A DNA stretch of 64,000 nt from an uncultured Fibrobacterota bacterium (GTDB taxonomy: Bacteria > Fibrobacterota > Chitinivibrionia > Chitinivibrionales > FEN-1185), in NCBI GenBank assembly GCA_963729895.1, contig CAVSQB010000001.1, positions 1-64,000 of the forward strand, written 5' to 3'. Positions 29,301-37,225 of this stretch are shown one piece after another (the first letter of the stretch is position 1; each line of letters opens with the position of its first letter). The notes beneath the pieces are model-generated. The model did no database searches. It worked only from the letters and a program-made list of their open reading frames with translations, and was not told the DNA's origin. Position numbers and translations under genes: made by a program.

Positions 29301-29447
29301 TCGTTGTGGCGGCAACTCGACGGCGTTGTCGAAGAAGTGTATGGGTTGACTAAATCGCAAAAAGAGGTATTGAGGAAATATCCAAGGAAGGTCAACCGGT
29401 TCGACCTTCTCACCAGACAGACGGTTGTGGAGGAAGACGGGGAATAA
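26349..29447 (+). CDS. Single-chain type IIG-like restriction-modification enzyme (nuclease, N6-adenine MTase, TRD)
   Basis: PDY...IDAKK nuclease motif; GAVYTP, LDPACGSAGFL, GVDID, VVGNPPY MTase motifs; C-terminal specificity region. Confidence 0.88.
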   Translation: MDKKTAAKQALSSLINEFSKLDRKGILKGQSEATARSWVEKFLMIFDWDCSNPHQVRQEYRIQGRAARRLKSEGTSHRRPDYCLISNNQRLLYIDAKKFDADIKNDSGISYQVRCYGWSEGFKVSYAFDFEELAVYDCRIRPKDSDEADMARVLYLHQSEYLDNFDAVWEYFSRKAIDTGSLSRLLPDDEKPQGGKTLDQDFEENLSAWRKELAKSILRYGKIREADIISAASQRILDRIVFLRICEEFGFEELGTLLEMGQNEDGFWPLFMEEHDKRYCKVYDGILFPASGEDDPTGVDTHLRSWWLRGRIFRDIVETLYFPHPYRFDVVPIELLGGVYERYLGKRLRVIGNDVQDEYKLEYQRTKGAVYTPPWIVKRIVEKTLSPLVKDKDPDELLKLRVLDPACGSAGFLLGVYDFLADHIVTWFGHHLSDRRRTAYVAETEDGPRVAPRIAHDIINNCICGVDIDPEAVEVARMSLALRYLEQTSSMSGEPHLLLKGIGLNIRQGNSLVGPDIVGLGIDSEKVISETMPFDWHSTTTGFGAVMEKGGFDAVVGNPPYIEVKRYKEWMPSQYRYFKESGVFETTAEGKTDIAMPFMEQGLKLLNKNGRLGFIIQNRFFKTDYGEIVRSWLKRNKAIAEIEDFRDLQIFEGRTTYTTVLILQKNSPSVNYRTYDTVTDAAADNPSVQCTLKWDAIDGNVWSFDQPDLLEVHHDLAQKHGTIGRHTQLQISVGLQTLYGKLYQFEPVEVKPRTVIGKNGEGEIITLEKAALRPLCRNRGFYPFRQDNADAWVIFPYDVAEGEASEIGWKEFKERFPKAASYLEERKRKLLKAVEVEDGSSRWHLYTRPQNLVVQASAKVLFPSTIEDTIAAVDEKGDIYQDNVRMNSISFRNATITQLKSLACLFNSTTFSALARLKAGLSDSGWRQFNRQYAELVPFPIAIINDPDTVTTLSGIANKIGDLQVKSISASTEGAKTGFRATIESLWRQLDGVVEEVYGLTKSQKEVLRKYPRKVNRFDLLTRQTVVEEDGE

Positions 29448-29556
29448 GGGGATTTATCGAACGATATAACCCGGAAAATTTCTTATATTATGGAAGGGAA
29501 GCCAAACATCACGTCATATCCTCAATAAAAAACTGATAATTGATAAAAGGGGGAAT

Positions 29557-30897
29557 ATGAAACCCGTCTCACGCCTTTTAATCTCCGCATTGCTCGTTCT
29601 GCCAATATCCCAAATAACAATCGCCGACGAATTCTCACCCGACTCGATCACCGCCATCATGCGCAAGGTCGCGCAATACCGTTTGTCGCATGGCGTCAAC
29701 AGCCTCGGCGACTGGTTCGCCAGCGGAACAAACTGGGACGCGGGCGCGTACATGACCGGCATCTGCGGCCTGTACCGCCGCACGAACGACAAACAATACC
29801 TCGACAGCATCGTCAAGTTCGGCACGGGCGTGAACTGGACCCCGGCAAGCAGCAATCCCGATAACGAATGTTGCGCACAGACCTTCTGCGAATCATATAT
29901 GTTCGCAGCAGACACCACGAAAAAATATATGTACCAGCCCTGGCTTGACCGCGTCACAGCGGATTTTATTACCCACTCGCCGTCGGGCCGCTCGTACTGG
30001 TACTGGTGCGATGCGCTGTACATGGCGCCGCCCGGCCTTGCCATGATTGCGTATATTACCGGACAAACGCGCATCCTCGACTCGCTTTACAAATGCTGGT
30101 GGGACGATGCGCAGGTGATCTACAGTGACACGTTCCACCTGTACTGGCGGGATCCGGGATACAAGCCGCCCAAGCTTGCGGCGAACGGCAAGCCCATATT
30201 CTGGGCGCCGGGCGAGGCCTGGGTTCTGGGCGGCCAGGCGCGCATCCTCAAGTATACCCCTGTCAATTTCCACGGACGCGACTCAATGATAACCCAGTTC
30301 CGCGACCAGTTGACAGCCGTCGCTGCGCTCCAACAGGGAGACGGGTTGTGGACCACGAGCCTTCTCGATTCGGTGCAGTTTCCCATACACGAAACAAGCT
30401 CCACCGCGTTTTTCTGCTTTGCCATGGCATGGGGTATTAACAACAGGCTCCTCGATTCCGTAACGTTCACTCCTCCCATGCGTAAAGCATGGTCCGGTTT
30501 GGTGAGGAACATCGCCTCCAACGGCATGTTGATGTACTGCCAGACCGTGACCCAGGAGCCAGGCAACGACATGTACGACAATTATTCGAGCTCGGAAGGC
30601 GAGGGCGCGCTCCTGCTTGCCGGAGAGGAAATGTACAAACGGGTGACAGGTGCGGTGCCGGTCGACTTTCGGCCCGTCCGCTTGCAAGAAACTGCAACGC
30701 AACCCGGATATGCCCTTCGTGCCAATGTCAACGGCCGTCTTGACCTGCCGAAGGGCGTCGGCGGGTTCGAGGTCTATTCGGTGGAGGGAAGAAGGGTTTG
30801 GTCAGGACAAGGAAATTCAGATTTTGCGGCTGGGGCGTTCACGGCAGCGAAATCGGTTCTCGGCAAAGGTGTTTACGTGATACGGTTTGTCCGATAG
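29557..30897 (+). CDS. Secreted GH105/GH88-family unsaturated uronyl hydrolase with C-terminal sorting-like domain
   Basis: Signal peptide; WYWCDALYMAPP, LYWRD, LQQGDGLW, ETSSTAFFCFAMAWGIN; tail VYSVEGRRV...KGVYVIR. Confidence 0.85.
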   Translation: MKPVSRLLISALLVLPISQITIADEFSPDSITAIMRKVAQYRLSHGVNSLGDWFASGTNWDAGAYMTGICGLYRRTNDKQYLDSIVKFGTGVNWTPASSNPDNECCAQTFCESYMFAADTTKKYMYQPWLDRVTADFITHSPSGRSYWYWCDALYMAPPGLAMIAYITGQTRILDSLYKCWWDDAQVIYSDTFHLYWRDPGYKPPKLAANGKPIFWAPGEAWVLGGQARILKYTPVNFHGRDSMITQFRDQLTAVAALQQGDGLWTTSLLDSVQFPIHETSSTAFFCFAMAWGINNRLLDSVTFTPPMRKAWSGLVRNIASNGMLMYCQTVTQEPGNDMYDNYSSSEGEGALLLAGEEMYKRVTGAVPVDFRPVRLQETATQPGYALRANVNGRLDLPKGVGGFEVYSVEGRRVWSGQGNSDFAAGAFTAAKSVLGKGVYVIRFVR

Positions 30898-31423
30898 AGG
30901 TACTGTCCTGCCGCAGAAGAAGGTTCCTAATTCTCCCGACAATGTCCGCTGCGGCTGGGTCAGGCTTGCTTGACGCTCCGGCTATAGCGTCAACGCCGGC
31001 CGGATTTCTTTTTGGCAACCATTTCCCGCTGCCCGAGGTAGTAAGAACAATCACGTTCCCCGCGCCCTTTTTCCTTTTTAGAAATGCGTTGACGTTTCTG
31101 TCCCAATCCCAGGCCATGCAGGTGTTGATGAGCACGATTGCGCCGTATGCCGACGCGTCCTCGTTCTTGAGCTGCATGAGGCCCACCCATTTGACATACA
31201 CGGAGTCGTTCTTGAGCGCTTCTTTGATGTTCGCCACCAGCGCTCGCTTGTATCCGCTGTCGCGCGAGGCGATCAGCACCTTCTTTGCAAGGGTGGAGCT
31301 ATTAACAGAAGAAGAATCGATATCCTTCTGCGGCCAGAAGAGCTGGGGCAGGGAAAAGGAAAAGGCGGGAACGGCGAGCATGAATACCGTGATTGCAGCA
31401 GCAGACATCGAACGTGTGGGCAT
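30839..31423 (-). CDS. Hypothetical secreted protein (flavodoxin-like alpha/beta pattern)
   Basis: Signal peptide; KVLIAS...YGAIVLINTCMAW...VIVLTTSGSG.W...VDAIAGAS. Confidence 0.6.
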   Translation of the reverse strand: MPTRSMSAAAITVFMLAVPAFSFSLPQLFWPQKDIDSSSVNSSTLAKKVLIASRDSGYKRALVANIKEALKNDSVYVKWVGLMQLKNEDASAYGAIVLINTCMAWDWDRNVNAFLKRKKGAGNVIVLTTSGSGKWLPKRNPAGVDAIAGASSKPDPAAADIVGRIRNLLLRQDSTSIGQTVSRKHLCREPISLP

Positions 31424-31509
31424 AACAACCTCTCTTGATTCTGAAACTCGACCAACGCCGGCAGGTTAATTGTGAACCAGATGGGGAAGGAAAATCCTGA
31501 GGATCTCCG

Positions 31510-31764
31510 TCAAACCGATTTGGGCGCTCTTCTTCTGCTAAAGCTTCTTGTTTCCTGCGGCGGGGCCAGTCCCTCTTTTCTGGCGGTTTCTTTTGCTTGC
31601 GGTATAGGAACCCAGCGTCCGTTGCACAATACTTTTCCGCCCGTAAGCCGGTCGAGGATCTTCTTTTCCACGTCCATGCGCTCTACCAGCGGCACCCAGT
31701 TGCCCTGATCGTCGAGCACGTTGCCCTCGATCACCGATTTCTTTATTTTTTCAGCAGTGTTCAT
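31510..31764 (-). CDS. Small hypothetical protein
   Basis: 84-aa ORF co-oriented with neighbours; internal duplication G.VL...G.WVP. Confidence 0.55.
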   Translation of the reverse strand: MNTAEKIKKSVIEGNVLDDQGNWVPLVERMDVEKKILDRLTGGKVLCNGRWVPIPQAKETARKEGLAPPQETRSFSRRRAPKSV

Positions 31765-31790
31765 GCGAACGAGCTTTTGTGGATTCTTGT

Positions 31791-32375
31791 TTAGAAAAAG
31801 GAAACGCTGTCCTGGTGTGATGTGGGGACCGCGGATTTGCGTTGTTTTGACGCCTTTTGCACCGCCCCGGCTTCTTTCTTCCCCTTTGTTCTAACTTCTC
31901 TGACGGGCGGCGGTTCGGGCAGAGGTCGTGCCCGTGCAGCCGGTGCAGTATCCACCGCGGGCTTTTCTTCGGCAACCGCTTTTCTCTGGAGCGCCTCTTC
32001 GCTGGCTTTTGCCTTTGCCGCTTCCTGCATGGCCAGGTCGTGAGAAACCGCCGAGAGACTGGACAAGCGAGAATTTACGGTCTTTGTGAAAAAACTTCCG
32101 ACAATAACCACCGCAGCCAGCGATACGATGCTTACGGTGATTGCCGCGGCTGCAAGCACGGTATTGAGCCTCGAAGAAACCACAATGCGATCCGACATGG
32201 TATTGGCAATAATCTTCTCCAGTTGAATCACGGCATAACCGCATTCGTTGCTGTCCGGGAACTCGTCCATGATGGCCTTGTAAAGCCGGCATGCCTCTGG
32301 AATCTTGTTCTCGTCGTACTGCAGCCGATAGGCCTTCTCGTACAACTCGAGCGGAGAATTCGCCTGCTCTTTCAT
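31791..32375 (-). CDS. Hypothetical membrane protein with N-terminal TPR-like segment
   Basis: LYEKAY...EAC.LY..I..EFPDS.E..YA..QL, then one hydrophobic helix and an Ala/Pro/Lys-rich tail; ATGA overlap with the upstream gene. Confidence 0.7.
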   Translation of the reverse strand: MKEQANSPLELYEKAYRLQYDENKIPEACRLYKAIMDEFPDSNECGYAVIQLEKIIANTMSDRIVVSSRLNTVLAAAAITVSIVSLAAVVIVGSFFTKTVNSRLSSLSAVSHDLAMQEAAKAKASEEALQRKAVAEEKPAVDTAPAARARPLPEPPPVREVRTKGKKEAGAVQKASKQRKSAVPTSHQDSVSFF

Positions 32376-32704
32376 TGTAAGCCTCTCTTTGCGTTTTTCA
32401 ACAACGATTTCACCTGCCTGGCGGACATCGACTGTGAAGGCGCCGGGTTAGGCATGTAGCGGTTGCAAATGAATTTCTGGTCTCCGCCAAAGGAAACGAC
32501 GCCCGCGGTACCGCCGGTGCGCTTCGACCTGAATTGAGGGCATTTCTGCTTCATTTTGCAGTTGAAGCACGATGCTTCCTGCTGCCGTTGTTGAAGGCTA
32601 TAGCCCTTCTCCTCCAGTGATTTGTCCCGCGCGTCGGTTTCGTACGAACGGGCAGTGGCCCTGTTTTTTTCGACAATCTGGTCGTGATCGACATATCGTT
32701 TCAT
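32372..32704 (-). CDS. Hypothetical Cys-motif protein
   Basis: GAGGAG RBS; CFNCKMKQKC...FIC cysteine cluster. Confidence 0.65.
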   Translation of the reverse strand: MKRYVDHDQIVEKNRATARSYETDARDKSLEEKGYSLQQRQQEASCFNCKMKQKCPQFRSKRTGGTAGVVSFGGDQKFICNRYMPNPAPSQSMSARQVKSLLKNAKRGLQ

Positions 32705-32876
32705 TATGGTGCTCCTCAAACGCGATACTGCTAAAATAATCAATTGTCCGCCGTGCTACAAGCCGCGCCGGTCCGCGCCGGGCGGGAAGCCGGTGCGTCG
32801 GCTTCCGCACGCTGCTACGCACCCCGGGATCCGAGTGCGTACATTGCACCGAATTCTTCTTTGGCAAACAGGAGAC

Positions 32877-33923
32877 TTATGCGGGTTTCTGATTTGTGTA
32901 GTGGATGTCGGAACAGTTCCTCAGTTTCCTCGCGCCGTCTTCCGGCGTCACGTCGCGTTGGGGCATGGCAAGTACTTCGTAGCCCGCCATCAGTTTCCTC
33001 ACCGACATCGAGCGTAGAAGCGGGGGGAAGAAATGCACGTGAAAGTGCCATTCTTCGTGCTCTTTTCCATCCGTTGGCCGCTGATGGATCCCCATCGAAT
33101 AAGGAAACGGAGCGCAGAAAAGGTTGTCAAACCGTATTGAAAGCCTGTTTACAATGTCGGCAAGATCGGACCTGGCCTTTCTGGGCAGCCCGCCAAGGTC
33201 GGCATGGTGCTCCAGGGGAAGCACCATCACCTCGAAGGGCCACACCGCCCAAAACGGGGTGAGCGCGGCAAAACTGTCGTTGCGCAGAATCATCCGGGAC
33301 TGCATCTGCAGTTCGAGCTTTACATAGTCGCAGAGCATGCACGAACTTCTGCTATTGGCATATTCCCCCTGACGGAGGGTTTCAACTGCGGCAAGGTTTG
33401 GAATGCTCTTGTTGGCCCAGAGCTGCGAATGCGGATGCGGGCTGGAGGCGCCCGTAATTTCACCGCGATTTTCAAAAATAAGAACGTAATTGATGTTTTT
33501 CCGTGAACCGATCTCAATGTACTCACTCGCCCACGTGTCGATTACCGCGCAGATCTCGACGTGCGTGAGCAGAGGAAACGACAAATCGTGCCTGGGGGAA
33601 TGGCATACGACCCTGCATAAGCCCTGCTCGCCGCGGGCCACAAGAAGGCCCTTTTCATCCATGGATTCCTCGGGGATGTCGGGGAGAAGCGCCGCAAAGT
33701 CGTTATCAAATACGAAAGTGGTCTGGTACAAAGGGTTCTTGACGTTGCCGGCGCGCTGGTTGCCGGGGCACAAGAAGCATTTCGAGTCGTACGGGACAGA
33801 TTGCGGAGTGCTCGGCTGCTCGATCTTTCCCTGCCACGGACGTTTGGTACGGTGCGGTGATACCAGGACCCAGTCGCCCGTGAGCGGATTGAACCTCGTA
33901 TGCGGAAAATCTGAGAGGTTCAT
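32877..33923 (-). CDS. galT: Galactose-1-phosphate uridylyltransferase
   Basis: RFNPLTGDWVLVSPHRTKRPWQG, CFLCPGN, FDNDF, FENRG...SSPHPHSQ. Confidence 0.95.
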   Translation of the reverse strand: MNLSDFPHTRFNPLTGDWVLVSPHRTKRPWQGKIEQPSTPQSVPYDSKCFLCPGNQRAGNVKNPLYQTTFVFDNDFAALLPDIPEESMDEKGLLVARGEQGLCRVVCHSPRHDLSFPLLTHVEICAVIDTWASEYIEIGSRKNINYVLIFENRGEITGASSPHPHSQLWANKSIPNLAAVETLRQGEYANSRSSCMLCDYVKLELQMQSRMILRNDSFAALTPFWAVWPFEVMVLPLEHHADLGGLPRKARSDLADIVNRLSIRFDNLFCAPFPYSMGIHQRPTDGKEHEEWHFHVHFFPPLLRSMSVRKLMAGYEVLAMPQRDVTPEDGARKLRNCSDIHYTNQKPA

Positions 33924-33927
33924 TTCG

Positions 33928-34962
33928 TCAATTGCTCTTGCAGCAGCGCAGCCCGATGGTGGGCTTTGCCTCGCCTCCGACACCCGGGGAAACGGTTTGG
34001 CATTTCGATACGGGACCGCCCATGGCAGCCATGGCGCCATTTGTCGACGTGACCCACTCCCAGACATTGCCCGTCATATCGATAGCACCGAACTTGCTGA
34101 TGCATTTGTTCCTCGCGCCCGACGGCTCCGGGGTCCTGCTGTCCGTATTGCAGTTTTCCTTTTCCATGTTGATGCCGTAGGGATAGGCATACCCTTCCAG
34201 CCCGCTGCACGCCCACCGCCATTCCTGGGCCGTGCACAGCCGCTTTCCCGTCTTCTCGCAGAGTTTCTGCGCGTCCTCGAACGAGACCTCCACTTGAGGG
34301 ACCGCTCCCTGTTTGTCAGGATATTCGTACCTGTCGATGCACACCTTGAAGAAAGGCCTGTTGGACTTTCCCGGCGGAAGGTCGACAAGCACCATGTCCG
34401 GCGGACAAAACAACGGCTTCGCATATTTCTGGATCTCGTCTTCTTCCGGGTTCTCCGTGCTATGCCGAAGCATCCGGATCACCTGGTCGAAGGTGTACGA
34501 CGTTTGAGAATTATCGAGATTCTGGACAGTGACCCGCAGATTGTCTTCCTTGATGATCTTCCCGACAATAGTCAGGTTTTCCTTCGGCCTGCCGTAATCA
34601 TCGCTTTCCGGGTTCTTTACAATGAGCGTGTCGTACACCGCCGGCGCGACCGGAGCGGGCGCAGCGGCCTTCTTCTCCGGAACCACAGCCCCGGCCTGCT
34701 CCGCGGTTTTCTGGGGCGGTGGAGCCAGCAACTGATATTCGGAAATGAGCGTCGGGGCAAACGCGTAGGCGCTGCCTTTGCAGTCGAGGATGAGTGACGT
34801 GTCGTTCTTCGAATCCACAACACCCTCGAGTACATCGCCGGTGGTTAGGGTCATACGGTACGTTGCGCCTACCGTGAAATCATCGAGTGTTACACCCGCG
34901 AATGCCACGAATGAGCATGCAAGAATGAACAGGAAACCTCTCAATGCCTTTCTCCGTTCCAT
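33928..34962 (-). CDS. Secreted protein with C-terminal FGE-sulfatase (SUMF1)-type domain
   Basis: Signal peptide; CPPDMV, CIDRYEYP, GKRLCT..EW..AC, DMTGNVWEW, GLRCC. Confidence 0.82.
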   Translation of the reverse strand: MERRKALRGFLFILACSFVAFAGVTLDDFTVGATYRMTLTTGDVLEGVVDSKNDTSLILDCKGSAYAFAPTLISEYQLLAPPPQKTAEQAGAVVPEKKAAAPAPVAPAVYDTLIVKNPESDDYGRPKENLTIVGKIIKEDNLRVTVQNLDNSQTSYTFDQVIRMLRHSTENPEEDEIQKYAKPLFCPPDMVLVDLPPGKSNRPFFKVCIDRYEYPDKQGAVPQVEVSFEDAQKLCEKTGKRLCTAQEWRWACSGLEGYAYPYGINMEKENCNTDSRTPEPSGARNKCISKFGAIDMTGNVWEWVTSTNGAMAAMGGPVSKCQTVSPGVGGEAKPTIGLRCCKSN

Positions 34963-35230
34963 AAGAATCTCCTCGCGCCGTTTTCGGGCGCCGCGCCAAA
35001 GAAAACAAAGGCCTGGTGGATCATGTAAATATGCAAAAAGGGTGCGGCAACTTCAAAGGGAAATTGCAGAGTTGTGTGATGACGATATCGTGAGGTCTCG
35101 CTGGAGGACCTCCGGGCGTGCGGGAGTAAACAACCACGGCCGCAGGCCGTGGTCCACGCCTGAAAATCTAGAAGGGTTTTCCGCTAATCTTTTGCGCAGG
35201 CAATGAATCAATGTCGGCACGAAGAGCGCC

Positions 35231-37219
35231 TTATCCTCTTTTGGTTACCCTGTTCACGATTCTCTTTAATTTCTTGGCCGAAAAATACCATTCGAGCGTC
35301 CCCTTGCCCGCTTCGATCTTTTGCGCAAAGGAAATGCAGCAGGCGGATGCCCTTGCAAACTCGGTGGGTCTCCCGGCGCCGGGTCTCAGAAGCGCTCTTG
35401 ACAATTGATCGAGATGCGGCATGTGTCCAACGCAAACGCATGTTTTGACGCGCACGCCCGCCAGCCAGGCAAGCGTGCCGTTGGTGTCCGCCTCGGGCAG
35501 AAGGCAGTGTTTCCTGGTGACCGGCGCAGAGAAGGAGAACGCCTGGGCAAGGAACGCGGCGGTGTCGAGGGCGCGGGGAAGCGGGCTCGAAGCAATAAGA
35601 TCGGGCCGGCATTGCAGAAGGGCAAGGGCCCTTCCTGAGGTTTGGGCTTCCCGTATGCCGTGCTCGCCGAGGGCGCGTTTGTTACCGCCGGCGTCTGCGG
35701 ATGCCGTGGCATGACGCACTAGATAGCAGTAGATAACGCCTTTCCTTGCTTCATGCGACAGCGCGGTGGCGGCAAAGAGCATCGGGGATGAGCGCAGCGA
35801 ACGCCATGCCCGCTGGAAACGGGCCAGAAGTGCGCGTTTGTTCGCCTGAACGATCCTCAGGAGGTGCTGGGTAACGCCCGAATCCCGCGGATCGAGCCGC
35901 GCAATCGCCATGTCTGCGTCGTGCAGGTCTCCCAGAATGTCGGCCAGCGCATTGAAGTGTTTGGCAAACAGGCCTGCAGGCTGACCAAGCGCCGGTTCGG
36001 AGAATTCAGACCAGTAGCGCGCCCTTCTGCACAATTTACGCAGGCGGTGCATTTCCTTTACATCGTACTTTTTCTTCATGCCGGGCCGTGACAACACCTC
36101 AAAGTAGATAGACGCGAGTTTGCGCGCCGCGTGCGGTTCGAGCGGATGCGCGTCTTTCATCATTTTCTGAGGCAGTTCGACCCGCAGGAACCGGTTGATG
36201 TCTCGCATGAGCGAGGCATAGTCCGGATTGGTGAGCAGCTTGCGAAGTGTGCGTCTGTCGTTCTTTATCAGTCGCGATTGCAAAGCATGAAAATGCACGA
36301 AATCGATGTTGCCGCGGAAGGCTTCGGAAACTTGTTGGGACGAAAGAAAGCGCAGCCAGACGTCGTTGTCGCGGATTGGACTCAACGCAAGGCCCAGCAG
36401 GGCGAGCTTTTCGTCGATGATGCGGCACGAGGACGATGGGAGGAACTGGTTAAAAAGGCGAAGCGCGGCGCGAAACCGCCTCATGGCTACCCTTCCGTCG
36501 TGCAGCGGCTCTTCGGTTTCTGCCGACAGCATGCCCCGATAGTTCTCCGAAACAATGCGAAGGTGCAAGTACAAGAGCCTGCGGGCAGCTTCGAGCGCGC
36601 GGTCTTTCGGGTGCACGATCCCCGAAAATTTTGAAGTCTCAAGCGTCCCGGAGGCATCCACAATCTTTATCTCCTTGTGGAATACCCTTCTCCAAAGATC
36701 CGCCTTTGCCTGGGCCCAGGCAATGTTGGCGCGGTACCCGGGGCTGGCAGCCGAGAGAAGGAACCCGCCGCCCAGCTGCTTTACGGAAATGATGGACAGG
36801 TTCTGCAGGTGACCGTGATCGAGCCCGTCGGCGATCCGCAGGATGGCGCCGAGCCACAAAGCCGTTTCCTTGTTCGCAAGCCTTCCAAAACGCGGAATGG
36901 CATACGCCTTGGTGTAGTCTCTCCGGTGCAGCAGAATTACCGCGGCAATGCTCTCACCCTGCTCGTCGGTAAAACCTGCCAAGCCCTTGCTTGCAACTAT
37001 TGAGCTACCGGCCGCCTGATGGTCGGCGGGATTTTCGCAATACCCGACGTCGTGCAGAAGTGCAGCTGCTCTCAAAACGGGACGAAGGGATGGCGGCATC
37101 CGCAAATGGGGGTACACGGCATCGAAAATCTGGAGCGAAAGCCGGGCGACGAATTGCGAATGGACATCTTCGTTTTTGTGTTCTTTGCACAATGATTCGA
37201 TTGTCGGTTTTCTGGACAT
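35231..37219 (-). CDS. HD-domain / CHAD / SixA-like histidine phosphatase fusion
   Basis: AALLHDVG...LRIADGLD (Ppx-type HD); LHDGRVAMRR.RA...HRLRK..RR.RY...LGDLHD (CHAD); LVRHA...SSPLPRA..TA...VGHMP (SixA). Confidence 0.85.
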   Translation of the reverse strand: MSRKPTIESLCKEHKNEDVHSQFVARLSLQIFDAVYPHLRMPPSLRPVLRAAALLHDVGYCENPADHQAAGSSIVASKGLAGFTDEQGESIAAVILLHRRDYTKAYAIPRFGRLANKETALWLGAILRIADGLDHGHLQNLSIISVKQLGGGFLLSAASPGYRANIAWAQAKADLWRRVFHKEIKIVDASGTLETSKFSGIVHPKDRALEAARRLLYLHLRIVSENYRGMLSAETEEPLHDGRVAMRRFRAALRLFNQFLPSSSCRIIDEKLALLGLALSPIRDNDVWLRFLSSQQVSEAFRGNIDFVHFHALQSRLIKNDRRTLRKLLTNPDYASLMRDINRFLRVELPQKMMKDAHPLEPHAARKLASIYFEVLSRPGMKKKYDVKEMHRLRKLCRRARYWSEFSEPALGQPAGLFAKHFNALADILGDLHDADMAIARLDPRDSGVTQHLLRIVQANKRALLARFQRAWRSLRSSPMLFAATALSHEARKGVIYCYLVRHATASADAGGNKRALGEHGIREAQTSGRALALLQCRPDLIASSPLPRALDTAAFLAQAFSFSAPVTRKHCLLPEADTNGTLAWLAGVRVKTCVCVGHMPHLDQLSRALLRPGAGRPTEFARASACCISFAQKIEAGKGTLEWYFSAKKLKRIVNRVTKRG

Positions 37220-37225
37220 AACGAG

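Noticed and set aside
32749..32850. SRP RNA or tRNA
   Set aside because: No SRP helix 8 motif (CAGG...GGAA...GCAG) and no cloverleaf or T-loop consensus.
23764..34962. Diversity-generating retroelement suggested by two FGE-type C-terminal domains
   Set aside because: No reverse transcriptase, Avd-like gene or template repeat is visible in the window.
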